64,000 nucleotides of DNA from Promethearchaeia archaeon (GTDB lineage Archaea; Asgardarchaeota; Lokiarchaeia; Sigyniarchaeales; SOKP01): the NCBI GenBank assembly GCA_029856105.1, contig JAHQWH010000015.1, positions 32,001-96,000 on the forward strand, read 5' to 3'. This document shows positions 48,436-58,572 of the stretch, piece after piece (the first letter of the stretch is position 1; each line of letters begins with the position of its first letter). The position numbers were made by a program, and so were the translations under genes. Below the pieces are notes generated by a model. That model worked only from the letters and a program-made list of their open reading frames with translations. It was not told the DNA's origin and searched no databases.

Positions 48436-49794
48436 ATGTATAAGTATAAAGTATCGATTTTAGGGACTGGATTTATCGGTTTATGTAGTGCTGCGTGTTT
48501 CGCTGGGAAAGATATACAAGTCTTAGCGTCCACTCATAACGAAAAGAAAGCTAAAATGATTAACGAAGGAAAGGCCCCCTTTTACGAAGCGGATTTACAA
48601 GAAATAATGGACGATATTAAAGCTAACAAACCAGAACTATTACACTGCTTGCTGGATCCCGTAAAAGCGGTGCTAGAAACGGATATTTCTATGATTACTC
48701 AAGGTACTCCCATGCGAGAAGATAAAAGCATAGACTTAGACTACATTGAGAGCACAGCTAGGGAAATAGGAGAGGCTTTAAAGCAAAAGGATAAATATCA
48801 CTTAGTTGTTGTAAGATCTACGGTAGTTCCAGGTACTACAAGGAATTTGATAGGAAAAATAATTACTGAGATATCTGGAAAAGTTCCTGGAAAAGATTTT
48901 GGCTTATGCATGCAACCCGAATTTTTAGCGGAGGGCCGTTCGATTGAAGATACACTTCACCCAGATAGGATCGTAATAGGTGAAATTGACGAAACGAGTG
49001 GCGCTATGCTCCAAGAGTTTTACGAATATTTCTATGGCGAACACTTACAAAATTGCCCTATTTTAAGAATGAATCTAGAAAGCGCTGAACTAGTTAAATA
49101 TGGCAACAACTGCCTTTTATCTACTAAAATCAGCTATGCAAATGAATTCGCGAATCTTGCTGAGTTAGTGCCAAATGTAGATGTAGCTCAAGTTATGAAA
49201 GGAGTAGGTTTAGATTACAGATTAAATTCTCGATTTTTAAATGCTGGAGTTGGTTTTGGAGGTTCTTGTTTTCATAAAGATGTGAACGCAATAAAAGCAT
49301 GGTCTAAATCAAAAGGATATACTTCAAGATTATTAGAAGCGGTTCTAGATATAAATGATGATCAAGCAATTCATATTGTAGATATTGCCGAGGAATTAGC
49401 AGGAAAATTAGAGGGTAAAAAAGTTACGCTATTAGGTCTTGCTTTCAAACCAGGTACAGATGATATGCGAGAAGCTGCTAGCATTAGAGTATTTAGCGAA
49501 TTAAGGAAAAGGGGAGTGACTGATATAATTGGATATGATCCTAAAGCTCTTAAAACTGCAGAAGAAGAATTAGGAAATAAAATTATATATGTTAATTCCA
49601 TCGAAGAAGCATTAAAAGACTCTGAATGCGCCTTATTAATAACAGAATGGGATGAGTTTAAAAATTTAAAACCTAAAGATTTCAAAACATATATGAAAAC
49701 GCCCAATTTAATTGATGGAAGAAGAATTTATGATTATGATCAATTCAATAAATCTATACCTTTCAGAGCAATTGGTAGAATAAATTTAGAATAA
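48436..49794 (+). CDS. UDP-glucose/GDP-mannose dehydrogenase family protein
   Basis: GTGFIG, STVVPGT, PEFLAEG, GFGGSCF, GLAFKPGTDDMRE. Confidence 0.93.
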   Translation: MYKYKVSILGTGFIGLCSAACFAGKDIQVLASTHNEKKAKMINEGKAPFYEADLQEIMDDIKANKPELLHCLLDPVKAVLETDISMITQGTPMREDKSIDLDYIESTAREIGEALKQKDKYHLVVVRSTVVPGTTRNLIGKIITEISGKVPGKDFGLCMQPEFLAEGRSIEDTLHPDRIVIGEIDETSGAMLQEFYEYFYGEHLQNCPILRMNLESAELVKYGNNCLLSTKISYANEFANLAELVPNVDVAQVMKGVGLDYRLNSRFLNAGVGFGGSCFHKDVNAIKAWSKSKGYTSRLLEAVLDINDDQAIHIVDIAEELAGKLEGKKVTLLGLAFKPGTDDMREAASIRVFSELRKRGVTDIIGYDPKALKTAEEELGNKIIYVNSIEEALKDSECALLITEWDEFKNLKPKDFKTYMKTPNLIDGRRIYDYDQFNKSIPFRAIGRINLE

Positions 49795-50036
49795 TCAATT
49801 TTTAATTTTTTCCATCTTAGTTTATTATCAATTAAAAAAAGCTTATATGAATTAATTAAAATCAACGATTTCTAAAGAGACGCCATAAAAAGTTGAAGCA
49901 AAGTATGATTAGAAAGAAAGGTAAAATTGGATCTGTTGGAAAAATAGTAAATCCAATTACAATTCCAACTGTAAAATACACGATACCGTAGTAGGTTATT
50001 TTATAAGTGATGTAATTAGAGATTTTAAGTTTCTTT

Positions 50037-50936
50037 TTAAGGTTTCAAAATCAAATTTATCTTTTCTAATCTTTTTTCTCTTGACATGCTGTTTTTTACT
50101 GGATTAAAACTCCCGTAAAGACTTTTATGATAAACTTCTCTTATTTCTTGGTAAAAAATTCCTATCGTAAAACGATGTGCCTGCCTAGCAATCTTTAAAA
50201 CCTCATCTTTCGACTTACCATTATTATCTATATATTCAATATTATCTTTAAATTCCTCCCATTTATGATAGGGCATGGCAGGTTGCAGGATTTCGATAAA
50301 GGAAAAGCCTTCATGCTCTATAGCTTTTACAAGAGTGTTCGTTAAATGTTTAACTTCACCAGCATAACATCTTGCCACGAATGTTGCTCCTACTTCAATA
50401 AGTAAAGATATGGGATTGAAAGGAATCTCAAAACTTCCCTTTGGAGTTGATGGGCCTTTCCAACCCTCTTGAGTTAAAGGAGAAAACTGACCTGTTGTGA
50501 GAGCATAGACTCCATTATTATGCAGTATCATAGTGATATCCATGTTGCGTTTTGCTGCAAAGAGAGTATGGGCTAACCCTTCTCCTAATCCACTCCCATC
50601 GCCAGAAAAAGTTATTACTTTTAAATTAGGATTAGAAATTTTGAATCCAGAAGCAGTGGTTATTTCTCTTCCATGCAATGAATAAATTCCACTTAAATTA
50701 AGATAATCAAACATTTTCGCATGGCACCCTATACCCGCTGTCATAACAATATTCTCTCTTTTGATCCCTCTTTGCTCTAATAGAGGAATTGCATTTCTTA
50801 TCGCAGTAAAAATTCCAAAATTTCCGCATCCTGGACACCATGTAACTTCAGCATAAGTTTTTAGATCTTCCATCTTATTGAAGCACCTCCTTAATCTTTT
50901 TTGATAATTCAATTGGATCAAATGGGCGTCCATCAT
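50037..50936 (-). CDS. 2-oxoacid:ferredoxin oxidoreductase beta subunit (true start probably near 50873)
   Basis: WCPGCG, GIGC, GDG, NNGVYALT.GQ.SP. Confidence 0.92.
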   Translation of the reverse strand: MMDAHLIQLNYQKRLRRCFNKMEDLKTYAEVTWCPGCGNFGIFTAIRNAIPLLEQRGIKRENIVMTAGIGCHAKMFDYLNLSGIYSLHGREITTASGFKISNPNLKVITFSGDGSGLGEGLAHTLFAAKRNMDITMILHNNGVYALTTGQFSPLTQEGWKGPSTPKGSFEIPFNPISLLIEVGATFVARCYAGEVKHLTNTLVKAIEHEGFSFIEILQPAMPYHKWEEFKDNIEYIDNNGKSKDEVLKIARQAHRFTIGIFYQEIREVYHKSLYGSFNPVKNSMSREKRLEKINLILKP

Positions 50937-52536
50937 ACTTTTTAATCGTAGTTCTTATTTTTAACCTTGCTTTTTCTTTTAAAAGAGTTGTAAATTGTCC
51001 TGTAGAGCTTTGTTCAATTACTATATTATCTTGATTTTTAAATTCCGCTAATTCCCAAGTTGGTAATGGACTTAAAAATATTGGTTGAACGATTGTAGGG
51101 TTTAATCCCCCATACCTTAGAGCTTCTAAAACGCTCATGTAAGTCGAACCATACGCAAAAAGATTGGTGTTCATCTCTCCTCGAATAATATTAACAGTAT
51201 ATTGACTCTTTAAATATTCTACAAGCGCTTTAAGTTTTTTATTTCTCTTGTCATGCATTTTTGCTATCATCTCGGCATTCTCAGTCGTTACGCCAAATTC
51301 GTCGTGTTCGTAGCTATTCCACTTAATTACTTCTTTCGAGGGTGGAAATAACATTGGAGAAATTCCATCTTCAGCGTTATGATATCTTTTATAATTTTCC
51401 CCTTGATACATTTTAGGTTTTGCCCATTTTGCCTTATCTACATCGATATCAATTGTCATGCTACATTCTGATAAGTGTTTCTCTGTGAGCAGAATTCCTG
51501 GTGTTTGAAACTTCCAAACAAGATCTAGCATTTCCGCAGTTAAATAATAAGAGTCTTCTATCGTTCCCGGAGATGCTACTATTCGCAAAAAGTCACCGTG
51601 ACCAGCAGAAAGAGCAAAACTTAGATCAGCTTGTTCGGTATAAGTAGGTACCCCTGTAGCAGGTCCTGGTCTTTGTGATAAGACTATGAGAATAGGAGCT
51701 TCAGTAATCCCTGCTAAGGAAATACCTTCGGTCATAAGCGCGAAACCTCCACCACTGGTTCCAACCATTGATCTTGCCCCAGTAAATGTAGACCCAATTG
51801 CCATGTTAATTACAGCAAGTTCGCTTTCAGCATGAACAACTGCTAACCCAAAGTTTTCTGTTTGCTTTGCTAAAAAGTGCAATATTGAAGATGCTGGCGT
51901 CATAGGATATCCAAAATACGTATCTAAACCGCCAGCTATAGCTCCCAGACTTATTGATTCGTTTCCTGTAATAATTGGTCTTACTTTTTCTCCTTTAGTT
52001 AATAAAAATTTACCTTGACACCCGCCTTTTACCATATCGTAGATGGTATTTGCAAATTTAACGTTATCTTCGATACCTCTTGGATATTGATTCTTTATAC
52101 TTTCATTCATTTGCTCTTTTTTGAATCCTATTGCTGATGCTAAGATTGCTACAGCCCCTACACCGTACATCAGGTTTTTCATGGGATATTTTTCAGCTTC
52201 TGAACTGAATGGAATTCCAACGCCATCAACATCTTCTAGTTCGTCTGAGTTATAGATAATAAGTCCTCCATCAGCTAGATCGTTAATGTGAGTTTCGCAA
52301 CTTCGCTTATCAAAGTTAACTAGAAGATCCGCTTTCATGTAATAGCTACTAATCCATCTAGTGGAAGTGCTAACTATAGAAAAATTGTGTCCTCCTCTAA
52401 TTAGGCTCATATAATCGTCCATTTGAAATACACGCTGTCCTATACTAGCAAATATATGAGCTGCCACAGATCCAGCTTTTTTTACGCCTTCTCCCGCCTT
52501 TCCTCCAACCAGAAACGTAAAGATGTCATTAACCAT
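50875..52536 (-). CDS. 2-oxoacid:ferredoxin oxidoreductase alpha subunit (gamma-alpha fusion)
   Basis: GGKAGEG, IRGGHN, YPMTPAS, TSGGG, RPGPATG. Confidence 0.93.
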   Translation of the reverse strand: MVNDIFTFLVGGKAGEGVKKAGSVAAHIFASIGQRVFQMDDYMSLIRGGHNFSIVSTSTRWISSYYMKADLLVNFDKRSCETHINDLADGGLIIYNSDELEDVDGVGIPFSSEAEKYPMKNLMYGVGAVAILASAIGFKKEQMNESIKNQYPRGIEDNVKFANTIYDMVKGGCQGKFLLTKGEKVRPIITGNESISLGAIAGGLDTYFGYPMTPASSILHFLAKQTENFGLAVVHAESELAVINMAIGSTFTGARSMVGTSGGGFALMTEGISLAGITEAPILIVLSQRPGPATGVPTYTEQADLSFALSAGHGDFLRIVASPGTIEDSYYLTAEMLDLVWKFQTPGILLTEKHLSECSMTIDIDVDKAKWAKPKMYQGENYKRYHNAEDGISPMLFPPSKEVIKWNSYEHDEFGVTTENAEMIAKMHDKRNKKLKALVEYLKSQYTVNIIRGEMNTNLFAYGSTYMSVLEALRYGGLNPTIVQPIFLSPLPTWELAEFKNQDNIVIEQSSTGQFTTLLKEKARLKIRTTIKKYDGRPFDPIELSKKIKEVLQ

Positions 52537-52837
52537 TATTAATATACCTTAAATTAATCTATCAAATAAAAATTTTAAAATCTATATTATATTTACTCTT
52601 TTCGAGTAATATTTAAAAATATGCCTTATAAGTTCTTAAAATAAGGGTTTATTTTTTTTAATATCTGAGAAGGTTTTAAAGTTATAATGATATAAATTCT
52701 TATTAAGCTGACTTGATAATTTATATCCTAAATTTTTTAAAATAATCTACTTTCTAAAAATTAATTTTATATCATAATTTTTATAGACTATAAACTTATT
52801 AACTAATTTATCTCAAAAATTATATTATTGAATAACA

Positions 52838-53260
52838 ATGACCGAAAGCGAATTTAATCCGTTCATTTTAGGTATATGTTGTAATTGGTGTACATACGCT
52901 GGCGCTGACCAAGCTGGAACATCTCGCATGCAACGACCCGCAAATTTAAGGATTATGCGCGTAATGTGCGGAGGAAGAGTAGAACCACATTTTGTCTTGG
53001 ACGCACTTAGAAATGGAGCAGATGGCGTATTAGTGTCTCATTGTCATCCAGGCGACTGTCATTACGTTGAGGGAAACTTAAAAACAATGAGAAAAATTCC
53101 AATGCTTCATTTGTATTTAAAACAGTTCGGTATTAACCCTAAACGAGTTAAGTACACGTTCGTTTCTGCTTCAGAAGGTGCAGAGCTGACCGAAATTGTT
53201 GAAGAATTTGTCCACGAATTAAAAGAATTAGGACCTAATCCTATGAAAAAGGAGGCATAA
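52838..53260 (+). CDS. mvhD: MvhD/FlpD [2Fe-2S] subunit
   Basis: CCNWCTYAGAD, RVMC, GADGV, CHPGDCHY. Confidence 0.94.
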   Translation: MTESEFNPFILGICCNWCTYAGADQAGTSRMQRPANLRIMRVMCGGRVEPHFVLDALRNGADGVLVSHCHPGDCHYVEGNLKTMRKIPMLHLYLKQFGINPKRVKYTFVSASEGAELTEIVEEFVHELKELGPNPMKKEA

Positions 53261-53264
53261 AACT

Positions 53265-53522
53265 ATGCAAATTTACGAATTAAAAATTAATAGAAATACT
53301 TGCACTGGTTGCAATGCGTGTGTTGTATCTTGTCCAATTAACTTTAACCAATTGAGGAAACAAAGTTATTTGAACGAAGAAAATGCAGTTATATTAGTTA
53401 AAAATGGTATTGCGGTACCAATTTACAATGGAGAAAGAAGTGTTAATTGCGACGGCTGTGGAGTATGCGTAAAAATGTGTCCTCAAGTTGCAATCAGAAT
53501 TGAAGTTATGGAGGGAGTTTAA
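53265..53522 (+). CDS. 2[4Fe-4S] ferredoxin (FwdG/H-like)
   Basis: Two CxxCxxCxxxCP motifs in fwd operon. Confidence 0.88.
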   Translation: MQIYELKINRNTCTGCNACVVSCPINFNQLRKQSYLNEENAVILVKNGIAVPIYNGERSVNCDGCGVCVKMCPQVAIRIEVMEGV

Positions 53523-53527
53523 AAAAA

Positions 53528-54238
53528 ATGTCGTTTCCTAAAATATCTAGAACGTTAACTCAAGAAGAGGAACATGTAAAAGTTCAATTTTTAACAGAAA
53601 GTTTAGAACTTATTTTAAATAGATCTAAATGTGTTGGATGCGGGACATGCGCAAGAGTTTGCCCAAAGGAGGCTATTTCTCGCGGACCTGTTGGAGCTTC
53701 ACGTCGATTTCCAACAACCGAAGATATTGTATCAGAATTATACGATCCTCATAAATGTGTTTTCTGTGGCACTTGCGTAGTTATGTGCCCATTTGGCGCA
53801 TTGACGCTAAAAAAAGACGGAGAAATTATCAATTTAGCAGATATTCCTATTGTTGCTCAAAAAGTAGTTCCTAAAATCGAATTTGAAGCGAAAAAGCTAA
53901 AAAATGATAGAGTAGTAAAACAATACGCTAAAGCAACTGTGAAGGTTATTGACGAAGAATGTGCTAAAGGATGTGGATCGTGCGCTGAAGTGTGTCCCTC
54001 AGGAAGTATTGAAATAGCTAAAAGACCTGAGCATGGTTGGGAAATGTCTAAAAATGTAGAAGTTGTCGACCCAGATGCTTGCGTGGCTTGCGGAGCGTGC
54101 GATAACGCTTGTCCAACGGGAGCGTTGCAGCTTGAAATTACCGAAGTGAAAACTTCTGGTGAATTTAGCAAGTTATTTTGGCCACCATTGTTAGAAAGAT
54201 TGAAAACGTTAAGATGGAGTAAAAAGGAGGGCTCTTAA
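53528..54238 (+). CDS. Polyferredoxin (FwdF-like, 4 clusters)
   Basis: Four ferredoxin motifs. Confidence 0.88.
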   Translation: MSFPKISRTLTQEEEHVKVQFLTESLELILNRSKCVGCGTCARVCPKEAISRGPVGASRRFPTTEDIVSELYDPHKCVFCGTCVVMCPFGALTLKKDGEIINLADIPIVAQKVVPKIEFEAKKLKNDRVVKQYAKATVKVIDEECAKGCGSCAEVCPSGSIEIAKRPEHGWEMSKNVEVVDPDACVACGACDNACPTGALQLEITEVKTSGEFSKLFWPPLLERLKTLRWSKKEGS

Positions 54239-54240
54239 AA

Positions 54241-54636
54241 ATGAGTTTAGAAAATTTAATTTTATTAACTGGTCGAACTATTAATCAGGGAGTAGCTCTT
54301 GAAGGTGGAAAAGTAACAAAAGAGAATGTCCGAGCTGCGGGCATATGTGCCTTCGATAGAGTCGATTTTAAGAAACTAGATTGTCTTGTTGGAACTCCCG
54401 TTAAAATTACAACTGATTTTGGAGAAGTTATAGTTTATTCTACAATTTCAGAAGAGGGACCTCATCCCGGGATATTATTTGTTCCGATGGGTCCATGGGC
54501 TAATCAGCTTGTGAATCCCGATTCGCAAGGGTGTGGCACTCCAACATATAAAGGGATGAAAGCAAAGGTTGAAGTTATTAAAAGCGGAAAGGTATTAGAT
54601 GCTTTGGAATTAATAGGAAAATTGAAAGAAGCTTAA
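54241..54636 (+). CDS. fwdD: Formylmethanofuran dehydrogenase subunit D
   Basis: TGRTINQG, FVPMGPWAN, G.P.YKG. Confidence 0.93.
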   Translation: MSLENLILLTGRTINQGVALEGGKVTKENVRAAGICAFDRVDFKKLDCLVGTPVKITTDFGEVIVYSTISEEGPHPGILFVPMGPWANQLVNPDSQGCGTPTYKGMKAKVEVIKSGKVLDALELIGKLKEA

Positions 54637-54640
54637 AGGA

Positions 54641-55975
54641 GTGAAAAGTATGGTAGAAAGAAAGCTTAAGACGATATATGACGTTCCGTGTCCATTTTGT
54701 GGAACTTTTTGTGATGACCTAGAAATTGATATGGATGTTAAAGAAAATAAAGTTGTTGAAGTTAGAAACGCTTGCCAAATCGGTACTAAAAAATTCTTAT
54801 CCTCAAATAGCGAGCATCGTTATTTAAAGCCTTTAATTAAAAAGAAAGGAGAGTTTAAAGAAGTTTCATGGGACGAAGCACTTGATAAAGCTGCCGAGAT
54901 ATTAATTAAAGCAAAAAGACCTCTATTATATGGGTTTTCTAGTACTGAATGTGAAGCTCAAAGTAAAGGCGTTGAGTTAGCAGAAACTTTAAATGCTCTT
55001 TTAGATAATACGGCTTCGGTTTGCCATGGTCCTAGCTTATTAGCAATTCAAGATGTCGGTGCGCCATCGTCAACATTAGGAGAATATAAAAATAGAGCCG
55101 ATTTGGTAATATTTTGGGGATCTAATCCAGTTCATGCCCATCCTCGACATTTAAGTAGATACAGCAGTTTTGTAAGGGGTTATTTTAGAAATGACGGTAG
55201 AAACGATAGATTTATCGTAGTTGTAGATCCAAGAAATACTCACACTGCCCAAATTGCAGACTTATACATCAAGATAAATCCTAACGAGGATTATCAACTA
55301 CTAAATGCAATTAGAGCTATGATAAGAGGTACAGAACTAGACGTAAAAGAAGTTGCTGGCGTTCCAATAGAAAAAATGAAAGAACTAGTGAAAATATTAA
55401 AATCGTGTAAGTTTGGAGTAATCTTCTTCGGCATGGGTTTAACGCATACATTAGCACATCATCGCAATGTTGACACAGCAATATGCCTAGTTAGGGAGCT
55501 GAACGATTATACTAAATTTCTTTTAACTCCCATGCGAGGGCATTACAATGTAGCTGGAGCAAATCAAGTTTTTACTTGGAATACAGGCTACGCGTATTCT
55601 ATCGACTTTTCAAGAGGATATCCGCGTTATAATCCTGGAGAATTCTCTTCTGTCGATCTTCTAACGAGAGACGAAGTAGACGCCGCATTAATTGTAGCCT
55701 CTGATCCAGCAAGTAATTTTCCCGCAGCGTCAGTAAGAAACTTATTCAAACATCCGCTAATTTCAATAGAACCGCATGAAACCCCGACATCTGCATTTGC
55801 CGACGTAATTTTACCTGCAGCGTTTGCCGGAATTGAGTGCGAAGGAACTGCTTACCGTATGGATAAAGTCCCTTTAAGATTGAGGAAAGTAAAGGAACCA
55901 CCGGGAGAATGTTTGCCTGATAAAGAAATATTAGAAAGATTAATTGAAAAAGTGAAAGAAAAGATGGGTGAGTAA
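54641..55975 (+). CDS. fwdB: Formylmethanofuran dehydrogenase subunit B (Cys ligand)
   Basis: CPFCGTFCDD, ASVCHGPS, HAHPRH, MRGHYNV. Confidence 0.95.
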   Translation: MKSMVERKLKTIYDVPCPFCGTFCDDLEIDMDVKENKVVEVRNACQIGTKKFLSSNSEHRYLKPLIKKKGEFKEVSWDEALDKAAEILIKAKRPLLYGFSSTECEAQSKGVELAETLNALLDNTASVCHGPSLLAIQDVGAPSSTLGEYKNRADLVIFWGSNPVHAHPRHLSRYSSFVRGYFRNDGRNDRFIVVVDPRNTHTAQIADLYIKINPNEDYQLLNAIRAMIRGTELDVKEVAGVPIEKMKELVKILKSCKFGVIFFGMGLTHTLAHHRNVDTAICLVRELNDYTKFLLTPMRGHYNVAGANQVFTWNTGYAYSIDFSRGYPRYNPGEFSSVDLLTRDEVDAALIVASDPASNFPAASVRNLFKHPLISIEPHETPTSAFADVILPAAFAGIECEGTAYRMDKVPLRLRKVKEPPGECLPDKEILERLIEKVKEKMGE

Positions 55976-55978
55976 AGT

Positions 55979-56827
55979 TTGACCGATATTAAGTTAAAAA
56001 TAAAAAAGAAACTAAAATTTCCTTTAGAAGCAGATAGTATAACACCAGATAATTTCGCTGGGAAAACTTTAAGCGATATCAAGAAATTACCGTTATATTA
56101 CGCTAAAGAACTAAAGACTATTGGCGATTTTTTTGATGTTTCTGGAAAATCAGCTGAAGTTGCTAACACTAAAATTGTTATAGATGGCGATGTCTCTAAC
56201 GTAAAGCGTATTGGCGAAAAAATGAAGGGAGGAGAAATAGTGATTAATGGTGATGTCGGTATGCACGTGGGAAATAACATGTCTGGGGGAAAAATCGTAG
56301 TTAATGGAAATGCGGACGATTGGGCTGGAGCTATGCTTAAAGGTGGTGAACTTGAAATCAATGGAGATTCTGGGCATTATACGGGCTCTGCATATAGAGG
56401 ATTCTGGCAGGGAATGAGAAATGGTGTGATTCGAGTTAAAGGAAAAGTAGGTAGCGAATCAATGATATGGGCAAACGGTTCTATAATTGCTAAAAGATTC
56501 CCTACTTTATATTGTGGCGGAGCAGCAGCTTTTTTAGGGCTTCATTCACATGGTGCGACAATCGTAGTTGAAGGCGATGCAGACCGCTGCGTTGGAGCAG
56601 ACCAAATAAAGGGAACTATAGTGATTAAGGGAAAAACCCCCGTATTACCATCATTTGTAAAAATTGGGGAAGTTAAAGAAATCGAACTATTCAATGGTGA
56701 AAAAATAACCGGAAAGTTTATTGAGTACAGTGGAGACCATTCTGTAAAGAAAAACCATTCTGCTATTAGTAAAAAGACTGGGGAACTTAATATAGGTGTC
56801 AATGGTAGGTTATTTGTAGCCGCATAA
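55979..56827 (+). CDS. fwdC: Formylmethanofuran dehydrogenase subunit C
   Basis: LEADSITPD and GXGXG beta-helix repeats (M.GG.I.ING). Confidence 0.93.
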   Translation: MTDIKLKIKKKLKFPLEADSITPDNFAGKTLSDIKKLPLYYAKELKTIGDFFDVSGKSAEVANTKIVIDGDVSNVKRIGEKMKGGEIVINGDVGMHVGNNMSGGKIVVNGNADDWAGAMLKGGELEINGDSGHYTGSAYRGFWQGMRNGVIRVKGKVGSESMIWANGSIIAKRFPTLYCGGAAAFLGLHSHGATIVVEGDADRCVGADQIKGTIVIKGKTPVLPSFVKIGEVKEIELFNGEKITGKFIEYSGDHSVKKNHSAISKKTGELNIGVNGRLFVAA

Positions 56828-56956
56828 ATTTTAACATAAAAAATATTATTCGTTACTTTTTTTAAAAAAATTTTATAAATTAGAGTAATAAACTCTTTAT
56901 TACTAAATTGAATTAATATTTCAGCAGTTTTAGTTAAATTAAATTCGGTTTTTAAA

Positions 56957-57766
56957 TTGTATAAAAGAAAAGTAAATATTACTAAAATTCGCAAGGATCA
57001 AAGAAGCGAAGAGATAGATGTTGTTCTAATAGAGAGCCCAATCGATATTATTGTAAATTCTGAACCTTTAGTAAATATAATATGTTTAAATAAAGACTTA
57101 ATTGAATTGGCCACAGGGTTCTTGTATTCTATAGGAGTAATAAACAGTATAGAAGATATTAAAACTATCAAAATTGATAATATTGAAGGACGGGTTTACG
57201 TTGACTTAGTAGAGACTATAAATTTCAGTTCAAAAGCTTTAGATGTGAATCCCGTTAGCAGAGTGATTGATACTACGTGTGGAATTCCCTCGCCTTGGCG
57301 CGATTTAATTAAAGAAAAATTGAAGGAGACCAAATCAACATTTGATCTTAACAAACAAGAGACAATAAGCCAAGAAGTGATTTTTTCGATTATTGTTAAG
57401 ATGCAACAAGAGACAAAACTATTTAGAGAGACAGGCGGTTGTCACGGAGCTGCGATCTTTGATATGAAGGGAAATTTATTAACTGTCAGAGAAGATATAG
57501 GAAGGCACAACGCGATAGATAAAGTAATTGGGTATTTGCTATTGAAAGGAGAATCTTTCGACAATAAAATTTTAACCTCAACCGGTAGGTTAACGGGTGA
57601 TTCGGTTCTCAAGGCTGTAAGAGCGCAAATCCCTATTGTTACTTCTCTATCTGCCGCTATTGAATCTGGCATAAGATTAGCTTTTTCCTATGGCATTACT
57701 TTAATTGGTTTTGTCAGGGGTGGTACGATGAATATTTATACTCACCCCAAAAGAATTAAAATTTAG
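56957..57766 (+). CDS. fdhD: Sulfurtransferase FdhD
   Basis: TGGCHGAA, EDIGRHNAIDK, TGRL, LIGFVR. Confidence 0.93.
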   Translation: MYKRKVNITKIRKDQRSEEIDVVLIESPIDIIVNSEPLVNIICLNKDLIELATGFLYSIGVINSIEDIKTIKIDNIEGRVYVDLVETINFSSKALDVNPVSRVIDTTCGIPSPWRDLIKEKLKETKSTFDLNKQETISQEVIFSIIVKMQQETKLFRETGGCHGAAIFDMKGNLLTVREDIGRHNAIDKVIGYLLLKGESFDNKILTSTGRLTGDSVLKAVRAQIPIVTSLSAAIESGIRLAFSYGITLIGFVRGGTMNIYTHPKRIKI

Positions 57767-57842
57767 TGATGTAAAAACTCAAACTTTTATTTTTATATTA
57801 TTGATGTTATTGATATCTTAAATAAAAAAAAAATTTAAAAAA

Positions 57843-58454
57843 GTGGGATTAATGAAAAATATAACATGGATTTTATTGTGTTTTCTAGGTGGAATTTTAA
57901 TGGTTATAGGCTCAGCAACTGGGAGTGCCGTGTTTTACGTCTATTTGGCTAATCTTGCATCTTCTTATATTAGTCCAGATTTTATGCCATTAGTTGCCTC
58001 AATATTAACTGTTTTAGAGTATATTTCCTTTTTTGGGGGATATTCTGTTATCGTAGGAGCTATCCTGATATTGATCAAGCAAATTAGATTAGGTAAAATT
58101 ATCATTACGGTTGCCACGGGTTTTGGAATGTTAGGGTTAGTCTTTTATGCGGGTACTTGGATCTTGGGAATTTCGGGTATTGCTGTCAGTCCTGCCGTTC
58201 AAGCAATTTTAAATCAAATGTACAGCCTATTTACTTACAATTCAGGGATGGCGTTTACTGGAACTGTCCTTGCTGTTCTTGGTAGATACGGAATTAAGAA
58301 ACCTAAGAAAAGGGAAAAAGAAGATTCTACAGAAAAAGCAAAAAACGACGATTCTACCACGGAAACCCTTGATAGCAAATTTTGCCCAAACTGTGGCGAG
58401 AAATTGCCTATTACAGCCAATTTTTGCAACCAATGTGGAACTAATTTCGATTAA
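57843..58454 (+). CDS. Membrane protein with C-terminal zinc ribbon
   Basis: About 4 TM; FCPNCG...FCNQCG. Confidence 0.78.
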   Translation: MGLMKNITWILLCFLGGILMVIGSATGSAVFYVYLANLASSYISPDFMPLVASILTVLEYISFFGGYSVIVGAILILIKQIRLGKIIITVATGFGMLGLVFYAGTWILGISGIAVSPAVQAILNQMYSLFTYNSGMAFTGTVLAVLGRYGIKKPKKREKEDSTEKAKNDDSTTETLDSKFCPNCGEKLPITANFCNQCGTNFD

Positions 58455-58572
58455 TCAATCCTTTCTTTTATTTTTTTATTAAATTTAGTAAAGGTTTATA
58501 TCTCAATTGTTTTATAATTCTATTTAGGGTTATTATATTTATATCTACAATTGATTTATCCATAGTGTAAAA

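Noticed and set aside
49860-50040. Minus-strand hydrophobic open stretch (TYYGIVYFTVGIVIGF...)
   Set aside because: No start codon after the upstream in-frame stop; at most a gene remnant
31753-55975. Selenocysteine (UGA) forms of HdrA, MvhD, FwdB or peroxiredoxin
   Set aside because: All ORFs are uninterrupted with Cys at the relevant motifs (DCSAC, CHPGDCH, VCHG, PGCT); no readthrough is needed
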